Below are positions 29,349-35,494 of a stretch of DNA of 43,940 nucleotides, in pieces; position 1 is the first letter of the stretch; every line of letters begins with the position of its first letter. Under the pieces are notes generated by a model that was not told the origin of the DNA, ran no database searches, and saw nothing but the letters and a program-made list of their open reading frames with translations. A program made the translations under genes and the position numbers. The stretch covers positions 1 through 43,940 of the forward strand of contig JBDZVF010000001.1 of NCBI GenBank assembly GCA_040255575.1, in the 5' to 3' direction. This stretch comes from Pseudomonadota bacterium. GTDB lineage: Bacteria; Pseudomonadota; Gammaproteobacteria; Steroidobacterales; Steroidobacteraceae.

Positions 29349-30395
29349 ATGGCCATTTCCCAAGCCGAGCACGGACGCGGTCGGCATGCGCAGGAGCCCA
29401 GTGATATCCCGGCGTCAGGCTGGCGCGACATCCTGACGCGGGTGAAGAACGAGGTGGGCAGCGATCACATCACGCTCGTCGCCGCCGGGCTCTCGATGTG
29501 CGCACTGCTCGCCGTGTTCCCGGGCCTGGCGGCCGCGATTGCAATTTACGGGCTATTCGCCTCCCCGCAGAACGTCGTCGAGCACATGCAGGTGTTCAGC
29601 AACCTGCTGCCACCCGGCACGTGGGATCTTTTCAAGACGCAACTGCAGACGGTGGCCTCACAGGCGCAGGGCTCTCTGACCTTTGCCGCGCTGGGCACTT
29701 TGCTCATTGCATTGTGGAGCGCGAAAGGCGGCATGTCGGCGCTCATGACCGCCACCAACATCGCCTATGCGGAACCGGAGAAGCGCGGCTTCTTCAAGCA
29801 GCTGCTGGTGTCGTTCGCGTTTACCGTCGGTGCGATCGTCGGCTTTCTTTGCGTGCTGGCCCTTGGCGTCGCGGTGCCGGTGGCCATGAAGGTGCTCGGA
29901 ACCAGCGACTGGGTACAAGTGCTCGTCCGCGTGCTTCGCTGGGTCGTCCTTTGGGTCGTGGTGGTGCTGGGGCTCGCTGTGCTCTACCGCTATGCGCCGT
30001 CTCGCGAGCGCGCGCGGTGGCGATGGGTCACGTGGGGCTCCGCTATCGCTGCGACTCTCTGGCTCATCGTCAGCGTGCTGTTCGCCTGGTACGTGTCTTC
30101 GTTCGCCTCGTATAGCAAAACGTATGGCGCGCTGGGCGGCATGATTGCGCTGCTCATGTGGTTCTATCTCACGAGCCTTGCCGTGTTGATCGGCGCTGAG
30201 ATCAACTCGGAGATGGAGCGCCAGACGACGCGAGATACAACTGAGGGACCGGAAGTGCCCCTTGGCCAGCGCGGCGCCTATGCGGCCGACACCGTCGGAC
30301 CTACAGCGCAGCATGCTCCCAAGGCGAAGGAAAAGGAGCAGGCGCAAGGCGGTCCGGCCATCGCCGAGCGAAAGCGTCGGCGGCGGAAACGATAG
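29349..30395 (+). CDS. YihY/BrkB (virulence factor BrkB / former 'RNase BN') family membrane protein
   Basis: The ATG at 29349 is in the frame of ORF 29160..30395. WRDILTRVKNEVGSDHITLVAAGLSMCALLAVFP and six TM helices are typical of the YihY family. The C-terminal tail is basic. Confidence 0.85.
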   Translation: MAISQAEHGRGRHAQEPSDIPASGWRDILTRVKNEVGSDHITLVAAGLSMCALLAVFPGLAAAIAIYGLFASPQNVVEHMQVFSNLLPPGTWDLFKTQLQTVASQAQGSLTFAALGTLLIALWSAKGGMSALMTATNIAYAEPEKRGFFKQLLVSFAFTVGAIVGFLCVLALGVAVPVAMKVLGTSDWVQVLVRVLRWVVLWVVVVLGLAVLYRYAPSRERARWRWVTWGSAIAATLWLIVSVLFAWYVSSFASYSKTYGALGGMIALLMWFYLTSLAVLIGAEINSEMERQTTRDTTEGPEVPLGQRGAYAADTVGPTAQHAPKAKEKEQAQGGPAIAERKRRRRKR

Positions 30396-30506
30396 CGCGG
30401 CACGCGCAGGAACAGAACACGCCGACGTCGTAATCGATTCCTACATCAATCCATCGGGCGAGCGCAGATGATTGCCGCCCGCACGCTTTACGTCAGGAGT
30501 CACACA

Positions 30507-31259
30507 ATGGAACCCACCGCGACAGGTCCAAACCGAACGGGCGTCGCCCAGGCCGCATCGAGTGTCAAGCTGATGCTGGAGGCCGTGGATGAGTTTTCGC
30601 CGCCATCGCCCATCAACACGCTGGGAATCGATACCGAGCGGCAGATGTATATCACTGAAGCCGAGAGCGTCGGCTCCATTCCGCCGCGGGTGAAGGCGAA
30701 GCAAGGCAAGAAGGCCAGCACGCCGGACATGCAGACGATGGGTCTGCTGCTCGACAAGCTCGGCGAGCGCATCGCCTTCGAGCGCAGCGGCACGCGACTG
30801 TATGATGCCTTGATCACGAAATTCCTCGCGCTGAGCAATTCCAAGAATGGGGACGGCATCGTTCCGGCCGGCGAGGCGGCGCTCGAGACGCTGCGCAAGA
30901 TCCGCTCTCAGGAACTGGCGCATTTCCATATGCTGTGCGAGTGCGTGAAGGCGCTTGGGGGAGACCCCACTGCGCAGACGCCTTGTGCGGATGTTGCGGG
31001 AACGGCATCCATGGGCTTGGTGCAGGTGATCACGGATCCACGCACCACGCTCGCCCAGAGCCTCGACGCCATTCTCATCGCCGAGCTCACGGATAACGCC
31101 GGGTGGGAGCTGCTCAGCGAGCTCGCCGCGAAAGCGGGGCAGACCGAGCTTGCGGGCCGCTTCACCGAGGCGCTGGCCACGGAAGAGGAACATCTCGAGA
31201 CCGTGCGCACGTGGTTGCAGTCACTGCTCATGAACGACGTGGGCTCACCGGCCGTTTGA
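30507..31259 (+). CDS. Ferritin-like (di-iron four-helix-bundle) domain protein
   Basis: The ATG at 30507 has AGGAG 7 nt upstream. E-x-x-H pairs (QELAHFH, EEEHLE) and further Glu-rich helices are present. The opposite-strand ORFs here are Arg/His-rich shadows. Confidence 0.7.
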   Translation: MEPTATGPNRTGVAQAASSVKLMLEAVDEFSPPSPINTLGIDTERQMYITEAESVGSIPPRVKAKQGKKASTPDMQTMGLLLDKLGERIAFERSGTRLYDALITKFLALSNSKNGDGIVPAGEAALETLRKIRSQELAHFHMLCECVKALGGDPTAQTPCADVAGTASMGLVQVITDPRTTLAQSLDAILIAELTDNAGWELLSELAAKAGQTELAGRFTEALATEEEHLETVRTWLQSLLMNDVGSPAV

Positions 31260-31270
31260 GGGGGAATGAC

Positions 31271-32443
31271 ATGACCATCAATCTTCTGCAGGACAAGGGC
31301 ACGCCCATCTCCAAACAGCGCATGAGCTGGCGCGACATGGTGGGCAAGCCGATCAGCAAGCTCGACGACGACGCCTTTACCCGCGTACGCATCATTCTCA
31401 TGAACGGCCTCGAGCTCGACGCCTTGCGCACGAAGCAGGTGGCGCTGCGAATGAATCGCGAAGCGCGCGTGCAGCTCGCCGAGCTCATGCGAGTGGAGCA
31501 GCATCAGGCCACCACGATCAACTGGCTGCTCGGCCCGGACCATTCGCCGATCGAGACGACCATCGGGTACGAGCAAACCGCCATCGAGGTGACGGCGTCG
31601 GTGGCGCAGCTCGAGCCCGACCCCTACCTGGCGCAAGCCTATCGCTACGCGCTGCTCGAAGACTTCGATCACCTGTATCGCTACTCGGCACTGCTCGATC
31701 GGCTCGAAGGCAAGGACGCGAACAACATCACGCAGGGCTACACGGACATCGTGCCGGGCCGCCCAACCATCGTGCACCATCGTGCGCCGGAGCATGAGCT
31801 GGTGCGCCCGTACGAGCGGGATGCAGCACTCGCCTCGAAGCTGCATGCGCTCACGCTGACGGGCGGCGAGTACCAGACGCACGATTACTACATGAACATC
31901 GGGCCGATCTTCGCGGATGCGCTGGCACGGCAGTTGTACGCCGAGATCGCTTCGGTGGAGTCGCAGCACATCACCCACTACGGCTCGATGCTCAATCCCG
32001 ACGAGTCTGTCCTCGAGAAGTTGCTTCTTGGGGAGGCGTGTGAGGTCTGGAACTACGCGGCGTGCGTGGCGCAGGAGCCGAACCCGCGAGTGAAAGCGAT
32101 CTGGGAGAAGTTCCTGGAATACGAGCTCGGGCATTTCCAGGCGGCGCTGCTGCTCTTCAAGGACACCGAGCGACGCGACCCGCAGGAGGTGCTCGGCGAT
32201 GGCAAGCTGCCGGACTTCATCAAGTTCGAAAGCCAGCGCGAGTTCGTGAAGCAGACGGTGATGAATGAGGTGCCGCTGCGCAAGAACGGGACGGACTTCG
32301 TGGACGAGAAATCGGAAGGCAAGAGCTCGCTCGAGTACCGCGAAGCGGTGAATGCGGATGGTTCACCTTCGATGACGGTCTCGGACACGTACAGCTGGAC
32401 GCCCGGCACCGAGCTCATGCGCATGAAGCCGAAGGCCGCCTGA
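31271..32443 (+). CDS. Ferritin-like/rubrerythrin-like di-iron domain protein (390 aa), family not recognised
   Basis: The ATG at 31271 lies 11 nt after the preceding stop. Candidate metal-ligand motifs are LLEDFDH, VESQHITH and EYELGHF. The amino-acid composition looks native and differs from the shadow ORF 30908..32134. Confidence 0.7.
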   Translation: MTINLLQDKGTPISKQRMSWRDMVGKPISKLDDDAFTRVRIILMNGLELDALRTKQVALRMNREARVQLAELMRVEQHQATTINWLLGPDHSPIETTIGYEQTAIEVTASVAQLEPDPYLAQAYRYALLEDFDHLYRYSALLDRLEGKDANNITQGYTDIVPGRPTIVHHRAPEHELVRPYERDAALASKLHALTLTGGEYQTHDYYMNIGPIFADALARQLYAEIASVESQHITHYGSMLNPDESVLEKLLLGEACEVWNYAACVAQEPNPRVKAIWEKFLEYELGHFQAALLLFKDTERRDPQEVLGDGKLPDFIKFESQREFVKQTVMNEVPLRKNGTDFVDEKSEGKSSLEYREAVNADGSPSMTVSDTYSWTPGTELMRMKPKAA

Positions 32444-32471
32444 TCGCGCGGTTGAGACGAAATCGACGCGA

Positions 32472-32503
32472 GCGGGGCCGCCGGTTCTGCGGGCGGCCCC
32501 CGC
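32472..32503. terminator. GC-rich hairpin between convergent ferritin-like and Iron_permease genes
   Basis: GGGGCCGCC (32474-32482) pairs with GGCGGCCCC (32492-32500) across a 9-nt loop. Two further base pairs follow across a 1-nt bulge. There is no clear U-tract. Confidence 0.5.
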
Positions 32504-32624
32504 GCTCCCAGGGGCATGCGCGGCTGCGACCCGCGACTTCAGCCTCTCAGAGACCGCGAGTTCGCTGGGGCAACCGCTCGCGGGCCGATCACGCCTGCCG
32601 GCCGCGCGATCAACCCCACCGGGG

Positions 32625-33113
32625 TCACTCCTTCGGCCGGTGGCGGCGATGATCTGCGAGCGCGCGGCGCCGATCCGAGCCGACCTCGCGAACGTCTGTA
32701 TCCGACCTGCCGCCGCGCAGGTCCTCCCGCGCCTGGCGCGCAAGCTCGCGATAGTCGCGCACGATTCGCTGCAGATCCTTTTCGTCGAGCTCCTCGAGGT
32801 CGAGGAGCGCAAGGTGTCCGCCGTCGATGGAGCGGATGATCTCGTCGAGCTTCACCTGGATGGCCTGCGAATCGCGGTTCTGCGTGTTCTGGATCAGGAA
32901 CACGATGAGGAACGTGATGATGGTGGTCCCGGTGTTGATGACGAGCTGCCAGGTGTCGCTGAACCCGAAGAGCGGTCCGCTGATCGCCCACAGCAGCACG
33001 ATCCCGACGGCGCAGCAGAACCCGGCCGGATGACCGGCCGCGCGGGCGGTCGCCTTGGCGAACCGGGTGAACCAGGCGTTCGAGGAAATCTGGCGCAGAT
33101 GTGGCTGGATCAT
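32625..33113 (-). CDS. Low-affinity iron permease (Fet4-like, Iron_permease) family protein
   Basis: ATG at 33113. FTRFAKATARAAGHPAGFCCAVGIVLLWAISGPLFGFSDTWQLVINTGTTIITFLIVFLIQNTQNRD matches the conserved core of this family. No SD-like sequence precedes the ATG. Confidence 0.75.
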   Translation of the reverse strand: MIQPHLRQISSNAWFTRFAKATARAAGHPAGFCCAVGIVLLWAISGPLFGFSDTWQLVINTGTTIITFLIVFLIQNTQNRDSQAIQVKLDEIIRSIDGGHLALLDLEELDEKDLQRIVRDYRELARQAREDLRGGRSDTDVREVGSDRRRALADHRRHRPKE

Positions 33114-33143
33114 AAGGAGTTGCGCGCTACTGTTTGAAAGTGC

Positions 33144-33168
33144 AACGAGTTCAGCTCCCTGGGGTTCC
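33144..33168 (-). promoter_or_regulatory. ECF (EcfG-like) promoter, perfect GGAAC-N16-CGTT
   Basis: The minus strand has GGAAC at 33168-33164, a 16-nt spacer and CGTT at 33147-33144. The site ends 30 nt upstream of the ATG at 33113. Confidence 0.6.
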
Positions 33169-33390
33169 GGCACGCTGAGGGTCAAGCGCACCGTGTGCCG
33201 GACTGCCGCGGTCGACTACGCCTCGACTATCCGAACCTCACCGGCCGCGCTTGCCATATATACTGGCGCCACAAGTGGGGTCTGCGACAACAAGGTCGCC
33301 ATCGGAGAGACAGGGTTTGAAGCGGCGCAAGCACGGTACCTCGGGATCTGAGCATTTCTACACAGCGCGGATGCCGAGGGGTGAAACACC

Positions 33391-33996
33391 ATGCGCCCGG
33401 TAACCCAGTACCTGCTGGGGGCTAACGTAGCCATTTATGCGCTTCAGCAGCTCTCCGGCGATTGGCTGCTCATCCACTTTGCGCTGTGGCCGCTCGGCGA
33501 GTTTCCCGTCCAGGGAGTCGATTTCAGTGTCGGCTTCGAGCCGTGGCAGATCGTCACGTACAGCTTCCTGCACGGCAATTTCCAGCACATCTTCTTCAAC
33601 ATGTTCGCGCTCTACATGTTCGGCTCCGGCGTGGAGAGCTATCTCGGCTCGAAGAGATTCCTCGGCCTGTATTTCGCTTCGGTGATCTCCGCAGCCGTGA
33701 CGCAGCTCATCGTGGTGAGCGCCAGCGGGGACGTTGCCCCGACGCTGGGCGCATCCGGCGGCGTCTTCGGCTTGCTGCTGGCGTTCGGGTGGCTCTTTCC
33801 CCGAAGCCGGGTCACGCTCATTTTTCCGCCCATCCCCATGCCCGCGTGGCTTTTCGTGACGCTCTACGGGCTCGTCGAGCTTGCGAGCGGGGTGTTTGGA
33901 ACCCAGGTGGGCGTGGCGCACTTCGCGCACCTGGGCGGCATGGTGGGTGCATTCATCCTGCTGCAGATATGGGGTAGGCAGCGCAACCCAGGTTAA
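33391..33996 (+). CDS. Rhomboid-family intramembrane serine protease
   Basis: The motifs FLHGNFQHIFFNMFALYMFG, the catalytic Ser in GASGGVFGLL and the catalytic His in AHFAHLGGMVGAF are present, with 6 TM helices. Confidence 0.9.
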   Translation: MRPVTQYLLGANVAIYALQQLSGDWLLIHFALWPLGEFPVQGVDFSVGFEPWQIVTYSFLHGNFQHIFFNMFALYMFGSGVESYLGSKRFLGLYFASVISAAVTQLIVVSASGDVAPTLGASGGVFGLLLAFGWLFPRSRVTLIFPPIPMPAWLFVTLYGLVELASGVFGTQVGVAHFAHLGGMVGAFILLQIWGRQRNPG

Positions 33997-34087
33997 CGTG
34001 TAAGGACGATGCAGCGGGAACCTTTGCGAGCCCCGCGCGCTGAACACGTCAGCGGAATGTCAGTTACCCAAGCGAGAGGTACGCGAC

Positions 34088-34408
34088 ATGCGAATGCATC
34101 ATGTCCTTTCAATCTTGACGGCGTCGGCTCTTCTTTCGATGAGTGCGTGTTCGTATATGCACCGCAGTGACGAGGGGTCCTCGTCCCGACGAGCGGAGGC
34201 CGGGCAAACGACGTCCAGCCCTCGCAGCAGCACGCGCAGCGGCAGCGGCACGAGCAGCAGTAGTGATGACACTAGTAGTGGTACCACCCAGAGCACGACA
34301 CCGGACTGCACCGATACGGACGCGACCACGCGTGATCCTCGCTGCCCGCCGACAAACCCGGCACCGAATGCGCCTCAGGACACGACTGGCGCGCCTTCAC
34401 CGCGCTGA
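34088..34408 (+). CDS. Putative small lipoprotein with a Ser/Thr-rich low-complexity body
   Basis: ATG at 34088 with GAGAGG 10 nt upstream. The signal peptide ends in LLSMSAC, which is lipobox-like. The mature part is S/T/D-rich with two further Cys. Third-position G+C is moderate, lower than in neighbouring genes. Confidence 0.5.
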   Translation: MRMHHVLSILTASALLSMSACSYMHRSDEGSSSRRAEAGQTTSSPRSSTRSGSGTSSSSDDTSSGTTQSTTPDCTDTDATTRDPRCPPTNPAPNAPQDTTGAPSPR

Positions 34409-34422
34409 ACAGGGTCGTCACG

Positions 34423-34623
34423 ATGAAGCAGAGCGAGACGACCCGCCCGCGCCCGGATCGCGACCGTGCCGCCCCGAAGACCTCGACTCCGGGGCGGCCG
34501 GCCGATACCAGCCGTCAGCAGAAACACGAAGACCAGCATCTGGACTCCGGTTCCGAGCACCTCGATCGCAGCTCCGGCAACGAGGGCCCGCAGAAAGCAC
34601 CGACGCCGCCCGGACCGAAGTAG
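34423..34623 (+). CDS. Small hydrophilic hypothetical protein (66 aa)
   Basis: ATG start, and third-position G+C is high in this frame but low in the overlapping 236-aa ORF 34143..34853. I recognise no family. Confidence 0.35.
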   Translation: MKQSETTRPRPDRDRAAPKTSTPGRPADTSRQQKHEDQHLDSGSEHLDRSSGNEGPQKAPTPPGPK

Positions 34624-34659
34624 TCGCCCACAATTCGCACGACACGGGGAATCACCGAG

Positions 34660-34845
34660 ATGGCCCACTCCGACAAGACGCGAAAGGCAGCCGCGCAGCT
34701 GCGCGGCGGATCGACCGCGAAGTATCGCGATCGTCCCACCGACGATGGGATGAAAGGGGACGGCGGCACCGAGCCCAACGCCGGACCGCCGCGCCTGCCG
34801 CGTCAGCATCCCAGCCGCCGCGTGCACGCGAAGCGAGCGCGCTGA
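34660..34845 (+). CDS. Small basic hypothetical protein (61 aa)
   Basis: ATG with GGGGA about 9 nt upstream, and high third-position G+C. The TGA stop lies inside the first unit of the tandem repeat, and the frame stays open beyond it. Confidence 0.3.
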   Translation: MAHSDKTRKAAAQLRGGSTAKYRDRPTDDGMKGDGGTEPNAGPPRLPRQHPSRRVHAKRAR

Positions 34846-34975
34846 AGGCGTAGCGGTACGCGCACTGAAGCCGCCACGGCGTGCGCCGCTGAAGACCCAA
34901 CGGCGTGCGCCGAAGTCGTAGCGGCGTGCGCCGAAGTCGTAGCGGCGTGCGGTGAAGTCGTAGTGGCGCGCGCCC
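34833..34975. repeat. Degenerate direct tandem repeat, about 6.5 units of 21-24 nt, with core GGCGTGCGCCGAAGTCGTAGC
   Basis: Units: 34833-54, 34855-77, 34878-901 (24 nt), 34902-22 and 34923-43 (identical 21-mers), 34944-64 (3 mismatches), then a partial unit. Every full unit contains (T/C)GAAG. Confidence 0.85.
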
Positions 34976-35224
34976 TCACGTGCCGGGCTCGTTGCGACGC
35001 TTGCCTCGAATATTCATCCCAGCAAGCCCCAGCTGGAGCGCGAGCAACGCCCATGCGCGGGCCTGAACAGCCCACGTCACCCAGAGCACGTTGCTCAGCA
35101 GAAAAACCCAGAAGCCCGCGTGCCGTCGCCGCTGTGATTTGGACGCAACGAGCCACGCACCCGTGAGCGTCACGATCATCGCGGGCCACTGAATCGCATC
35201 GAGCCATTGAGGCACGGATTGCAT
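34976..35224 (-). CDS. Small 3-TM membrane protein (82 aa), possibly a single PnuC-like triple-helix unit
   Basis: ATG at 35224, with reasonable third-position G+C. TGAWLVASKSQRRRHAGFWVFLLSNVLWV resembles the PnuC repeat motif (recognition only). Confidence 0.5.
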   Translation of the reverse strand: MQSVPQWLDAIQWPAMIVTLTGAWLVASKSQRRRHAGFWVFLLSNVLWVTWAVQARAWALLALQLGLAGMNIRGKRRNEPGT

Positions 35225-35494
35225 GCGGTTGCCGCAGCAGAAAATGCGCCTGCACCGTCTGTGCTTCGGCTTGGCCGCATGCGTGCGGATGGCCGCGAGA
35301 TCGCGCCAGGCTCGCGTGCTCCTCGGTTCACTTCGCAACTGGCCACAGGGTGGCGCCGGTGTACTGCCCGGCTTTTCATGTAGGTAGCTCTCGAATTACT
35401 TTCGCGCGCCAACCGCAACGGCACAGGGAAGCGCAATCCAACAGACCGCGCGCGGTGTTGCCAGATCAACACAGAATTGGGGGATTCCCTTTTG

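Noticed and set aside
29347-29356. Divergently overlapping start codons of the APC permease and yihY within the palindrome ATGGCCAT.
   Set aside because: This would leave no promoter space. The symmetric promoter-like element at 29282-29338 and the family-typical N-terminus from GTG 29248 make the shorter permease more plausible. It is kept as an alternative in the feature evidence.
31923-31937. A sigma-54-like element, TGGCAC-N5-TTGT.
   Set aside because: It lies inside the ferritin-like coding sequence, has an imperfect -12 element, and no plausible downstream gene start follows it. It is probably a chance match.
33221-33237. A tRNA T-arm-like sequence (GGTTCGGATAGTCGAGG on the minus strand).
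   Set aside because: No acceptor, D or anticodon arms can be built around it, and the T-loop differs from the GGTTCGAATCC consensus.
34143-34853. A 236-aa plus-strand ORF spanning the small-gene patch.
   Set aside because: It is extremely Arg/Ala-rich and its third codon positions are A-rich (low GC3). The overlapping shorter frames show the genome-typical high GC3.
34833-34975. A CRISPR array.
   Set aside because: The units are contiguous with no spacers, only 21-24 nt long and progressively degenerate, and no cas genes are nearby. It is a tandem repeat.
35225-35494. A possible cobalamin or other riboswitch in the 270-nt leader of the TonB-dependent receptor (a GGGAAGC element near 35424).
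   Set aside because: There is no B12 box and no GGTG...AATCC core that I can recognise. The receptor is the ~950-aa type rather than BtuB-sized. This is not supportable by eye, and an Rfam scan would settle it.
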